DNA of 64,000 nt from Octopus sinensis. Lineage: Eukaryota. The notes under the pieces were generated by a model, which saw only the letters and a list, made by a program, of their open reading frames with translations, searched no databases and was not told where the DNA came from. The position numbers were made by a program, and so were the translations under genes. The stretch lies in contig NC_043009.1 in the NCBI RefSeq assembly GCF_006345805.1, positions 48,918,001-48,982,000 on the forward strand, written 5' to 3'. Of the stretch, positions 12,969 to 26,305 are shown piece by piece (position 1 is the stretch's first letter; each line of letters starts with the position of its first letter).

Positions 12969-13010
12969 TATATATATATATATATATATGATATATATAT
13001 ATATATTATG
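12660..13010. repeat. Long imperfect (TA)n microsatellite. Similar fields lie near 3510, 16150, 21740, 29930, 31780-32330, 33200-33700, 40800 and 51100-51620.
   Basis: Directly visible dinucleotide runs. Confidence 0.95.
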
Positions 13011-13405
13011 GTAGGCGTGGTGTTTTACGTGTATGAATGTTTTTGTTATCATACATACATATATACATGTATATACTTATACATAAGTTGATGTTTATAT
13101 ATATATATATAAGCTTATATGCATATATATGTATATATATACATATATGTATATAAATACACACACACGTACATACTCACACATACATATATCCATACAT
13201 AGACACACACATATACATACATATATCTGTGTGTATGTTTGTGTGTGTGTGTGTGTATGAACTCGCTGGCATTCTTTCTATCTACCTTTCAATCACACTA
13301 CAAATGTTTTTTCCCGTCTGTTAAATAAAAGCTCTATGTTAAAATAGCTGTTTGATGTCAGCTCTGACAAATCTTTTTAGTATATTTGTTTGTATACTTA
13401 TATAT

Positions 13406-13487
<82 letters not shown>

Positions 13488-13779
13488 TCTATTTTGTATA
13501 ATTTGTTTGATGATGGCTCCTTTGTGGCTCACATTCATCGTTGAGTGCTAAGGAATAATACATCTATTGATTTTATGACTTCCGGTTGACGGAAGGGAGA
13601 CAACTCTGAGGACTAACATTTCTTTTGTATTCTTCATGACAAGGTAGGAACGGTTTCTGATTATAGACGTTAGGCCATCATTTTTAAGGAAGGGTGTTAG
13701 TCGATTATTTTGACCACAGTTCTTCACTCGTCCTTTATTGTATGTAATCAATGATGATGAAGAAAATCAAAAGTGACCT

Positions 13780-14260
13780 CGCAGAACCTTAAGACATATC
13801 ACCAAGCCTTTCTTGCGAAGCGACGCTTTAGTGATTCTTACAGCTCGCTGCATTGATGTTGGGTAAAAAATGTGAACGAAAATCTAAGAAAAACAACGGT
13901 GAGAAATAAATCATTGGTTAGATGTACATGTTGCCTCTGGAAAGCCTTGACGATCACAGTTATCTCCGTGTAGCTTTCCATCGTTTCTTTCTGCAGGAAA
14001 GCGTAGAGAATATAAAACAGTATGGTGTTTCGCGATTTTAGTGTGTGAATCGAGGAAGATTTATTTGCTATTTCTAGCATATCGTGTGACTCTGTAATGC
14101 ACCTGTTGCATGGATAGTATGCACGTGAGGTTGCGTGTGAATGATATAACACCAAGCAAACGTTTAATAGTAAGTTTTATTTCACTGCACAAGTAATATT
14201 GAGGTTGGTCGTAAATTGTAAATTTCTGCAACCAGCCGACGTAATTGAAGGAATAATCCA
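13780..14260 (-). mobile_element. Decayed L2/CR1-like LINE fragment (after the RT core)
   Basis: rc frames give LLGVISFTRNLT (cf. LGV.FD..LTW), KHHTVLYSLRFP (cf. TL..LYYSL.FP) and MQRAVRITK (cf. QKRAVRIIT), in the expected order. Confidence 0.4.
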
Positions 14261-14987
14261 ATAGTGTTCATAAATAGTTGATTTCTAAGTTCTGTACTGA
14301 AGTTTGTCAAGAAAGGAGAAAAAATACACAGTAGGTTCATATTCACCAACTATATCGGCTTATTCAAGCTGAGCAGAGAGTCGTCAAAACGACTATTATA
14401 GGCGGCAAGAGTGTATTCGCAACCGGAACGCAGGTTATCAAATTTTATGGATATTGACGCTAAAAAAAAGTCTCTAGCTAAACTTTTTATGGCAATGCTC
14501 TAGGGCTTTGTAGAATGACCTTTCACGGAATGTTTTGCAGGTGTCTCCTCAATAACTCCAACCCGTGCATGAACAAGGTTGTGTTATGTCGTGAATTAAA
14601 CTTCGTAACTTGCCAACTGTGTTTTGAGTCTTGCTACACCTCGCTCTTTAGCTCACTTCGTTATCGTTGTACCGGTCGCTAATGCTTTTGTTTAGACCTA
14701 GGCCATACTTAGGATCAAAAGTATTTCAGCCGGTACACTTCCCTCTAAGTTATACCGGATATTCAGGGCTACATTATAAAATAACTACTTTTATTAAGGC
14801 GTCTAGGATGTGATTTGGTATTTCTTGCATATCATGTAACCACGTAAGGGATTCGTCGTTAGTTCGCATTGCTGTACTCGTTTTGACCGAAAACAGCTGT
14901 GCCCGTCTCGTTTTCATAATAGTATTGCACATTAGTATCATAATGAGTGTCCCTGGCTTGTATGAGATGGTAATGGATGATTGTGAC

Positions 14988-15165
14988 CTCGTCTGTATCA
15001 CTAGCGATTTGTTTCCCCTGTCTTCCCTTCTCGGGATCTTTCCTTCTCCTATGTTTCCGACGAAGAGCTCCGCTCGAAACGTCAAACCCTCCTTCTTCCC
15101 TTCTTTCGTTAGCGTCAAATAATACTTTATTTGTTCCACGTCCTTGCGTTGTTGTTTTTTGTTTT
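14988..15165 (+). mobile_element. Penelope-like terminal repeat fragment carrying a hammerhead motif
   Basis: A pyrimidine-rich segment is followed by gtttccgacgaagagctccgctcgaaacgtcaaac. A homologous inverted copy lies at 15585-15780. The PLE assignment is inferred from the motif type; no PLE ORF is seen. Confidence 0.6.
15053..15087 (+). ncRNA. Minimal type I hammerhead ribozyme motif (U4C variant)
   Basis: Stem I GUUU/AAAC, core CCGACGA plus an extra A, stem II GAGC-ucc-GCUC, GAAA, palindromic ACGU stem III. Predicted GUC cleavage after 15083. Confidence 0.55.
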
Positions 15166-15188
15166 TGTTTTCTTATTTGGATTAAGTT

Positions 15189-15273
<85 letters not shown>

Positions 15274-15521
15274 GAGCAAAGGAAGATGACTGAGGGAGAG
15301 AGTGTGACAGAGTAATAGGATAGAATAGTGGAAGAAAAGGAGGTAAAAGAATAAGAGTGAGAAAAAGAGAGAAAAACGAAAGAGTAAAAAGATAGTATAG
15401 AGTGCGCATCAGAATTACTAAGATAAAACTTACTTGGAAGGGGATGTGTGGGGTTCAATCATATGATAATGTAAATAATATATACACATACGTATATGTA
15501 CATACTTACATCTAAGCGTAT

Positions 15522-15577
<56 letters not shown>

Positions 15578-15584
15578 ATCCAAA

Positions 15585-15780
15585 AAAGACAACACAAAAA
15601 AACACAACAACGCGAGGACCTGGAACAAATATAGTATTATTGGACGCTCAGGAAAGATGGAAAGAAGGAGGGTTTAACGTTTCGAGCGGAGCTCTTCGTT
15701 GGAAACATAGGAGAAGGAGAGATCCAGAGAAGGGAAGACAGAGGAAAAAAAATCGCCAACGATACACACGCGGTCTGCAT
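15585..15780 (-). mobile_element. Second Penelope-like terminal repeat fragment, inverted relative to the first
   Basis: rc: ctgtcttcccttctctggatctctccttctcctatgtttccaacgaagagctccgctcgaaacgttaaaccctccttc. Confidence 0.6.
15672..15706 (-). ncRNA. Hammerhead motif with a damaged core (G5A), probably inactive
   Basis: rc gtttccaacgaagagctccgctcgaaacgttaaac. Confidence 0.4.
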
Positions 15781-16181
15781 ATGTGGGCACAGGGCATCAC
15801 GAAAGGTGTACACCAAAAAAATACGAAGTACGTGAACATGGAATATGAACTATTTTTTCGAACAAAGAAAGACTCAAATGGAAATCAAAACAAATAACAT
15901 AAAGAACGACTCTTCATCAGTTGTTAGCTGTTTTTCTACTATCGTATTTACCGCGTTTAACAACAATATACGCTTTGAATAAAACAGTTGCTCCCGCAAA
16001 ACAAATTAAATAAAATTTGGGATTTTGCGATCTATACGTATATTTTATATATTTATAATGTAGTATATAAAAAGCAAGAACGCATATATACCTACACACA
16101 GGCAAGCATGCATATATATACATATATATACATGTAAGGATATATAAATATATTAAATATATCTATCTATCTATCTATCTA

Positions 16182-16231
<50 letters not shown>

Positions 16232-17084
16232 GCGTATGTGGTATATTATGTATATATATATATATGCGTATGTGGTATATTATGCATATATATATTTATA
16301 TATATACTAGAGAATACAGAATATACAGCACTTCATTTCACATAGTTACACATGCACACACATATACACAAATACAAATACACACACGCACATATGCATG
16401 TATATATTCATACATATAAATATATTCACGTATATCTATACTCGATTATAATGTATAGGAAACGCTAAGTTTGGTACTTAATTTAAATATTTCACATTTA
16501 GAATATTCTCCATTTTTAATATATTCTTTAAACGTTCCGATATTTATTAGTTGTTTATGTCATAAGTGACCAGTCATAATAATATTCGTGGCGACATTTC
16601 AATAAATGCACTACCATCTTTGTTTACTATTATTGATTATTATTATCATCATTGTTATTATTATTATTATTATTACTATTATTATTATTGTTGTTGCTGT
16701 TGAGATAATATATATGCTTTTTATTTAGGTATTTAATATTGTATTTTATTATAATTATCGTCTTATATTTTAGAGTCTTTCACAATAAATTGTTGTAAGC
16801 AAATTCTGTTGAAGATATATTTTCAGCGAAGAGATGGCAACGGCCATATTAGACGCAATAATACCTAATATAAAAGAAACATTGCAAATGTGATAAAATG
16901 AAATAGTGTTATTTTTCATCCCTCTCTGCACCTCCTTCTTTCGATTTAAAAGGAACGAAGATCATTTCTTCTTCTTCTTCTTCTTCTTCTTCTTCTTCTT
17001 TCTTCTTCTTCTTCTTCTTCTTCTTTTTCTTCTTTTTCTTCTCTTCTTCTTTTTCTTCTTCTACTTTTCTACTTCTTCTTCGCA

Positions 17085-17118
<34 letters not shown>

Positions 17119-17558
17119 ATCATTTTTGTAAATATATTTTTATATTCTGTTTCATGCGTATTGAGAGTCATTTATATTTGACAGAAATAATTTGTGTTAG
17201 AGGAAGTTTTCGATGAGATAAAAATTAAATAAAATGACGAAGACAAAAGTTCGATAAAGGCAAATTCAAAGAACTATTTTTCTTCTTATTGGTTTTTTTG
17301 TTGTTGTTGCTGTATTTTTGTTTTTTTTAATTAGAAGCGCACGTGAGATCAGTTGATATGGAAATGTGCAAAATATTATTGATATGGAGGTAAAGACAAA
17401 AATATTTCCTAGCATTTAATATATATATGTTTTTTTATATATTTTCCTTATTTTCTGGCATTAGCGAAATATATCGAACACACAAAATATACACACATCC
17501 ACAAACACATTTATGTGCATGCCTATTTTATATATTACTATATATATATGTATATGCG

Positions 17559-17591
<33 letters not shown>

Positions 17592-18075
17592 GTGCGTACG
17601 TATATACATATATACACACACAAGCACATACATATATATATATATATATATAAACAGCCGTTTCAAAAATATCCATATGTTACAACATTTTCATTGGAAG
17701 TTCAAAATAACGTCGAAGATGATAATATCTTCCTATTTTGGCATCGAGAAGTTTCTGTTCTTTTAAAATCATATTTGCTGGTTTTGACGGAGTTTAATCT
17801 TCTCTTCGAGAATATCTAGAATCGTTATTGTTGTTGATGCTGCACTTGTTGTTGTTTATTTGTTTGTTTGTTTGTTTTTTATCCATCCTTTTGATCCTCA
17901 TCTTTTTTTGTTTTATATTTTTCCCCCTCGAAATATATAAATATCTGTTTGCGATCAGGATTATTGCATAGTCAAAGAGAAAAGGTCAGAGATAAAAAAA
18001 AATTATGTATATATATATATGTATGTGTGTATGTATATGTGTATAGGTATATATATACATATATATATGCATATA

Positions 18076-18107
<32 letters not shown>

Positions 18108-19624
18108 CATATATACATATACATACGTATATATATCCATATATATACATATATATATATGTATTCAGAGAGAGAGAGAGATAGCTAGATCGATACATAG
18201 ATAAATAGATAGGTTTGTAGAAAATATATATGTGTATATATATACATGTATGTATGTATGTATGTATGTATGAATGTCAATATGTACATGTATATGTGTG
18301 TGTGTCTGTCTGTCTGTCTGTCTGCGTCTGTGTGCATTCACGCACGCACAAACACACAGACCCTCTGTTCTATATAGTTATGTTAAATATGTATTTTAAT
18401 ATACGTTATTTATATTCTTGAACATTTAATATTACTTCACATCTATTCTCAAACTTTGAAACATACAGTTTAAGATAGAGGATATCATGGATATTAAATG
18501 TCTGCTTAAGGATCCTGAAAGGCCGATTCTTGGCTGGCTCGATCATATCGATATCTCACATGCACAAAATCCATCAGATTCTATGTGAAATATCTAGGTA
18601 CGCTCTACACGCTCTAATAATCTCGTATAGGGCGTTTTCGTCTGAAAACTTTATATTAATGATTTATTTGTAATTAATACAAATGAGATTCTTTAAGAAA
18701 ATCTGCATAACCTTGTGGTACTTGCTGATACATTTTTTAAAGAGATGCAGCGAGAAAAACTGGTCAATAAGCGAAACACTAGAATTTTGCCACTCAAAAT
18801 AGATTTTGATTTTGTCCTTATCCTTTTATTTTCTAAGCTTAAATCACAGCGGTTTCAATTTCGCTGGTGATGGGACATAGGCTGTTATTTTATATGGCTG
18901 TGCATTCAATACTCTGTAAACGGAACTGCTTACAATGGCGTATTGTACAACCTTATATCAACTACTGAAAGCGTGCAAGGGTTAATGGAAAATAAGTGAA
19001 ACACCACTACTTTAAATTACATTATGTAGATACGTATCGGTACGTTTTTAAATGAAAGCTCACTGGAGTCACTTTTGAGCAGTATCATTTACTGATAAAT
19101 AAATCATATCTGAGTCAATTTATTTGTCTCCGTATTTGATATCAACTGATGGTAGATAAATAAATGATATCAGGCATTGCCTAGAATCTATTTTGACTTC
19201 ACACAGAACTCATTTACTGATAGATAACTATGAAATCCAGGCTTGGACTGGAGCCAATATATTTGACTCTACATGTACACTACTTTTTAATCTTTTTGTC
19301 TGTAAGAAAAGGTGAGCTCATTATCATTTAGAGGACCTCTGAAACAGATGGGTGGTAGAGAGGAAAAGGATTTGAAGTCGAAGACTTAGAGCAAAAGCTT
19401 GATATATATTCTTTCTTAAGAGAATAATGTATAGCCTGAGAGATTTGGATGCTATTTCTTGCATTTGTCGGACCACATATCCATTTTTGCCGTCCAACAT
19501 TAAATAAAGAGACCTATCTATTTAGTATTTTTCAAGATGTAAAAGCCAAGTAGAATGCTGCATGGTTTTATTTTTGGCGCAGTAAAGATTCTGCCAGCTC
19601 GCCACTTTTTAATAGTTTGTGATT

Positions 19625-19770
19625 TGGGCAGAAAGCCAGAAGTTTTGAGGGAGAGATGTCGATACCATTGACTCTCCATTAGTAAGTTGATCCTTTATTT
19701 TATCGACTCCGAAAGGATGCAAGAAAAATTTGGCTCCAGCGGCATTTGAACTTAAAACGCAAAGAGCACC
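19625..19770 (-). mobile_element. SINE family B, diverged
   Basis: ttttatcgactccgaaaggatg...ggcatttgaacttaaaacg. Confidence 0.55.
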
Positions 19771-20119
19771 GAAAACTCCCTCACACTGCTGTTTTAAAAG
19801 AGAATATATTTGATAACAGTCGTCAATCTATATTCTTCCTACAAATGCAGAATGTATTCCTTACCTGAATAGCTTTGACTATTGGTATCCGATTTAGGCC
19901 AAGGTTGAACTAAACTGCAAAAACACCAACTTTGAAACATCCCCTAACTGCATTGTCCAAAATGTTCTTCCTTCATCAATCCAGCAGCGTGAGCTTTTGC
20001 AAAAATTTCGTTGTTGTAAGACACCATCAATATTCATGCGTGCATTTATATTGTAACAACAATAGATGCATTTCACTACTTTTATTTTAGAACATATAAA
20101 CCAGAATTAACAAAGCACG

Positions 20120-20440
20120 ATAAGGTGGCAGAGTTGTTAGAGTTTGGGGAAAATAGGTTTTGCAGTAATTGGTTACGGGGACATTAACACACTAGCACAG
20201 GTCGGGAAGCGGTGGGTGGGGACGAGAGCCGCCGAATTAGAATCATAATGGTCCCGTCGGTCAGCGAAGAGCATCAGCAACCTACAGGTCTTTACGTTCT
20301 GATTTCAAATTCCACTGACGAAATTGCTTTTCATCCCTCCAGGGTCAATAAAGTAAAGTACCAGCCTAATACTGGGTTTGACGGTATTCACTAAACCTCA
20401 ACCCCACAAAACTGCTTACCTTGGCCTTATATCAGAAACC
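20120..20440 (+). mobile_element. SINE family B, diverged, with an internal insertion
   Basis: Head taaggtggcagagttgttagag; core ttctgatttcaaattccactgacg...tttcatccctccagggtcaataaag. Confidence 0.6.
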
Positions 20441-20590
20441 ATAGTTTCAAGACAACTTTCGAGTATGTCATATTACCTTCGGTTGTACTTCTAAAATTGG
20501 AACAAGCTTAGCAAGGCCTCTGCGCAAGGAAGATACGCAAATTTGTGAAACATTCCACATTTTATCTTTATGGTATGTAACAGGCAGAAT

Positions 20591-20888
20591 GTGGAGGCAC
20601 GTGGCCTAGTGGTTAGAGCAGCGGACTCACGGTCGAGGGATCGCGGGTTCCAATCTCAGACCGAGTAATGTGTGTGCTTATGAGCGAAACACCTAAGCTC
20701 CACGCGGCTCCGGCAGAAAGTAATGGTGAACTTCTGCTGACTCTTTCGCCACAACTTTCTCTCACTCTTTCCTCCTGCATCTTGCAGCTCACCTGCGACG
20801 GACCGGCGTCCCGTCCAGGTGGGGAACCTATACGCCAAGGAAAGCGGGAAACCGGCCCTTATGAGCCAGGCATGGCTCGAGAAGAAGG
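20591..20888 (+). mobile_element. SINE family C (middle M2 + tail T1) with a 12-bp TSD
   Basis: A-box ggcctagtggttagag and B-box gggttccaatct. TSD aacaggcagaat at 20579-20590 and 20889-20900. Confidence 0.88.
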
Positions 20889-21090
20889 AACAGGCAGAAT
20901 CGTTAGCACGCCCGACAATATTATTAACGACATTTCTTCCTGTTTAAGTTCTGAGTTTAAATTCCTCAAAGGTCGACTTTGACATTCATCCTTTCGGGAT
21001 CGATAAAATAAGTACGAGTTGAGCCCTGGCGTCGATGTAACTGACTAGCCCCCACCCCATTACCATAAATTCCAGTCCTTGTTCCTATAG
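20889..21090 (+). mobile_element. SINE family B copy that hosts the family C insertion
   Basis: ggcagaatcgttagcacgccc head; ggtcgactttgacattcatcctttcgggatcgataaaataagtac core. Confidence 0.75.
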
Positions 21091-21573
21091 TAGTCAGACT
21101 TATTTCCGAACATTGGATTACGCCCCCTTTATTTCCGCTTCACCTCCTCTCTCGTCCAGCCTCCTTGTTGTGTTGCTGAACATACTTGAAAATGTTTCAC
21201 GTATTCCATAACTATTGACTTGTAAACGTACTAATGTTTTTTGGCTTTATTTTACATTATTCTTCTGCTATTTATTTAAGTAAACCAACAATGGCGATTT
21301 TATTGCAATTACAATTGAGTAACCCTGTTATTCTTTTGTCTCTTGAGGGTAAGATAGAATTTATCAACCTCTACTGATATTCTCGATGATGTCATTAATT
21401 TTCCTATCTCTCTATTCAATCTTATTAATCTTTTCACCTTTCAATTACGTTAAAACAAAAACATTATTACAGGCACAGCAGATACATTAATATCTATTAA
21501 CTTTTTCATCACGTTTAGTTACACCGTAATACGATTTTACTCTTGTCTGAGTATTGATTACCGTCTTCTTCAT

Positions 21574-21628
<55 letters not shown>

Positions 21629-21725
21629 CACACATACACACACAAACATATGCCTAAGTATATGTACAAATATATACACACAGCTAGAGCGGTATACATA
21701 TACATCCACATGTTTATGTATGTAT

Positions 21726-21778
<53 letters not shown>

Positions 21779-21835
21779 TATTTCATATATATACATACAT
21801 ATGAGTACGTACATGTCTATGCACTACACACACAC

Positions 21836-21883
<48 letters not shown>

Positions 21884-22146
21884 TATATATATATCTACTT
21901 GCTTTCTAATTCATTATTTTCTGAGTCTGAACATATTCATCATTTTTTCTACTGTTGCCATCTCTCTCCCCTCTTCTTTCTCTCTCTCCATCTATCTCTC
22001 TCTTTTTCATTGTAGTTTACACATTTATCTATTTACATTTTTTGTACACACAAACACATTTACATATATACATAAATATACATATATATATGCATATATA
22101 TATATGTGCATATTTATATATATATATATATATTGTGTATATATAT

Positions 22147-22179
<33 letters not shown>

Positions 22180-23029
22180 GTAAATATATGTCCGTAATAA
22201 ACCTTTTCCTATTTGTAATACGATCTCAAGCTGACAACGACTTTCAAGTCGTTCACATATTCGATATATACGAGCCAAGAGAGTGTGGACAAGACGTCAT
22301 TGAGAAAAGTATTGATATATAGCGTGATTTCGCTTGTTATCAGAACATAAATAAATGCAGGCTCTTAGTAAGCATGCGCATATCTGGAGACTGAATTCCT
22401 TTTTCGTGCAACCATTGCTCTGCCATACGTCCATTCAAATGCACGCCCCTCCATAAAAAGCGAACCGGATGATGTGTTGCATTCTAGAACATTCTACGTT
22501 TCACGATGCTCCCGTCCACTCAGCTATGATTAAGTAAAGCTTTGTTGTGGAAGGATACTGACCACCTCGACTGACCAAAAGTGAACTTACGCATTTCAAT
22601 GAAATAAAGAACGAGCAGTTGACCTCGAGTAGTTGACAGCATTGGTCGTTCGTATTGGATTATTGTGTTAGTTTAATATCGTATCTACGTTTTGCGTAGT
22701 ACGGAGCGCGCTGTGTGAACATATTAATTCTGCGAAAGGTTATCCTGGATAACCATATCCAAATATTTATTTCAATAATACTATCCTACACCCTTGTGCA
22801 CACCCCAACGTCGTCATAACTTTACGACGACGAGATGTTCAGACACCCCACGACATAGCAACATTTAGTGAACCGGTACTACATACAGGAGAACTATTCT
22901 GATTTTGGTCACGCATGCGTCACTAAACCGAGTAGTTGGCCCTATGATCCCTTGGATTGTAGACGGTAATGGCCAGGGTGTTGATGTTGATGATGAAAGG
23001 AGGAAAAGCAAGGTTGATCTGGACAGGGT

Positions 23030-23195
23030 TTTAACTCATCGACCCCAATGCGTAACTGGTACTTTATTTAACGACTCCGAAAGGATGAAAGGCAAAGTCA
23101 CCCTCGGCGAAATTTGAACACAGAACGTAACGGCAGACGAAATATCGCTAAGCATTTCGCCCGGCGTGCTAACGTTTCTGCCAGCTCGCCGCCTT
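23030..23195 (-). mobile_element. SINE family B, well preserved
   Basis: Ends gcatttcgcccggcgtgctaacgtttctgccagctcgccgcctt. Confidence 0.9.
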
Positions 23196-23879
23196 GTTAA
23201 CGCTTTTTATGTTACTAGTAACTCATCCTATGGGCTTCTGTATTTCTTTTCTGTCAATCTAGTTTCTACAGTCGAGCTACAATCATTTAAATGGTACGTT
23301 AATTCATGAAATTAAATTAAGTATCATATATTGTAGACAATACAGCTTAACTCATTTTTTACCAACAAAATATTATATATTTAGGCTTTTTCTAAAATAA
23401 TTTTGTGTTCACGACACTCAGAATGAAGTTCGGTCCTACTGAAATCTGCCGAAGCTAAATTTATCCATGATCTTTCAATGACGTTACCTGTGTGTGATTA
23501 CAGGATCTGATGAGAAATAGCAGTTAGCTCTCCCCCAAAACATATAAAAAGGAAACACTGCATAAAGTTACCCAGAATAGACAATTTCTGAAGACGAAAA
23601 ACAAAAAGATATAGTGAGGTCCAGAATGACCTTTGACCCTTGGTCTCTCAGCTTCAAGAGGGCAGACCCGAGGTTACACAGCAACAGCTATAACAACAAC
23701 AATAACAACATGCTGTTTCCCAGTCGGAATATTTATGCATCTGTCACTATACAGAATAAATCATCTGGTAATGTAGAGTTTGCAATTACTGCACAAAAGA
23801 TAATTACGAAAACTCACACCTCAGAACATAGGAATTAATTAAATCCACATAACGCATTGCGCCTATTACTTTGCACAAG

Positions 23880-23946
23880 TAATAATAATAATGACAATAA
23901 TAATAATAATATAATAATAATGATGATGATGATGATGATGATGATA

Positions 23947-23985
<39 letters not shown>

Positions 23986-23999
23986 TGATGATGATGATG

Positions 24000-24032
<33 letters not shown>

Positions 24033-24087
24033 TGATGATATGATGATGATGATAATAATAATAATAATAATGATGATGATGATGATG

Positions 24088-24130
<43 letters not shown>

Positions 24131-24144
24131 TGATGATGATGATG

Positions 24145-24193
<49 letters not shown>

Positions 24194-24262
24194 GATGAAG
24201 AAGAAGTAGAAGAAGAAGAAGGGGAATAAGAACGACAACAGTAACAACAATAGTAGTGATGG

Positions 24263-24341
<79 letters not shown>

Positions 24342-24350
24342 GGTGGTGAA
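23880..24350. repeat. Compound (AAT)n/(GAT)n/(GGT)n trinucleotide field. Similar fields lie at 29300-29430, 31270-31535, 53730-54050, 56440-56720 and 60270-60400.
   Basis: Directly visible. Confidence 0.95.
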
Positions 24351-25912
24351 TTCAGTGGCAACAATTTAATAACAACAATAATAATCATTGTTATAATCAC
24401 TTTACCTTGTCAATGCAAATATGTTAATGAAGGCTCTCCATCCATCACCTTTTCTCATAGAAGTGAAATCTCACACTGCTTCTAACGACGGCCATCTTTC
24501 CTGAAGAAATAGATTCACTTCTATCTTCTTTTGCTTCTATTCTGAAGATATGAAACTGAAAGTGTTATGATAAAAGAAGAGAAAGCTATACATTGGCAGA
24601 CGTGTTTGTTCAACAGTCAACTAAACATAGTCGCTCGACCTGCTGGAAATAGCAGCCAAATCTGTCATAAATCAATCACACTGTGCATCTTTAGTTATTA
24701 TGTGTTTCTGATGTACAAAATGTCAGGACAGTCATGACTAGAACGCCTTTGATCATAGCTGTTTTCCATACGATTGATTTGGAACTACACAGCAAGAATC
24801 ACGTTTGCTTCGCGGCAACGAAAGAAAGGCGCCATAGTAGTAACTTGTCCTGCCAGTTATCGCTTCACTACGGGAAACCTCATGTGAAGAAGTTGCCCTG
24901 TTAATCGATTGGTCAATGAATACTCTTCTACAAGCCTGGAACGAGCCAACTCTGAGTGACATTGTCGAGAGAATATTAATGTTATAGTATCAAAAGGCGA
25001 GAAACAGATGGATTGCCTCCATAACACGGTATTCATAAAACTTCAATAATTTAAATGATTCAAGATAGCCACTTCCAAATACATGCACCCATCGATTTGG
25101 ATAGAGGGCGCTTCGAACTGACCATAGTGTGTTTACACCTTTGTGAGTACAGTGAAAATATTTTTCTATAACAAACTGCAATGAAAAGTCATTTTGCAGG
25201 TTCGAATAAATCTCAGTCATCCTCGAACTGGTAACAATTTGACACATGTGCAATATTTCATGGCATCTGATTCCCTCAGCAAGGTAAAAAAAAAACAGTA
25301 AGAGATTAGGGAGGCGGTGAAGCAGTTATGCTTTCCTGAAAAACTCTTCCTTTCTGTTACGGTATTGCCAAATGGGGAAGATTTTCATACTTCCGTGACT
25401 CAGACGACTATACCATTGGGGGGGGGGGGTTCATATATCTAGGTCCTACATAACAAAGCCAAGAACGTGTCAAGTTAGAGGCCGGACGAAAATTAACTCC
25501 TGGCTCTCAAAGCTGGGTGTTGTACATTAAAGGTAATTTGGGTTAATCATTTGAAAATCATCTTGATACAAAAACCACAAAATACGTGATCCACATGGTA
25601 GCAGGGAGTCTGTATGTGTAAACAATCACTGCAAGTTCTCTACCTAATTCATTTCATACCACCCTTTACAGAAAAAAACCGTAAATCGAGCTGTTACAAA
25701 TAACAGCGAAGTTTTCTTCAAATCGAACCATACCATCTTTAAAAAGTCAGATAACCTGGCTGGAATACTTTTGATTTGTGTCTGCTTGATCTTAGCTTAC
25801 CAGCGGATAAAGAACCTGATAAACGAGATTTTGAACTTGTTACTTCTAATTCCGTTTTGGTGAAGTCGGAATAACATACAACCGCTCGTTCTCAATCGGC
25901 ACTCAGTCATTA

Positions 25913-26305
25913 TCTTTATATATAAAAGTAAGGTTGTGTGTCTGTCTCCTACGATTTAGATTCCTAACTACTCCCACATTTTTCGGTGCAGTTTAACCAA
26001 ACCGGGTATCTTATAGTCGTGATTCATATCGAGCCCTTCTGGGTATTAGCGCACGTCTACGATGAGTCTACGATTTTAAAAATAATTTACCATCATTTTT
26101 TCCATTTTAATGCATTGTTTTGCTATTATATAAGGGAAGTAACTCTCTAAAAATGTCTACGATGAGTCAACGATTTAAAAAAAAATTACCATAATTTTTT
26201 TCCATTTTTAATGCATTTTTTGTTATTTTTTTGGCTATAACTCTCTAAAAATGCTTTATAGTTATTTCCCTTACAAACCCGAGCAACGGCAGGCGATACT
26301 GCTAG
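25913..26305 (+). mobile_element. Non-autonomous Helitron, 393 bp
   Basis: 5' TC (a|tctttatatataaaag), a subterminal imperfect GC-rich hairpin cccgagcaacggcagg, and a 3' CTAG|t. Inserted between A and T with no TSD. Carries an internal ~100-bp tandem duplication. Confidence 0.75.

Noticed and set aside
13844-14019. Plus-strand micro-exon look-alikes (13844-13862, 13997-14019)
   Set aside because: They lie within a probable minus-strand LINE relic. They show how easily such splice-site pairs arise by chance.
22228-22322. Protein-looking stretch ADNDFQVVHIFDIYEPRECGQDVIEKS
   Set aside because: The splice signals are weak, with no recognisable family and no partner exons.
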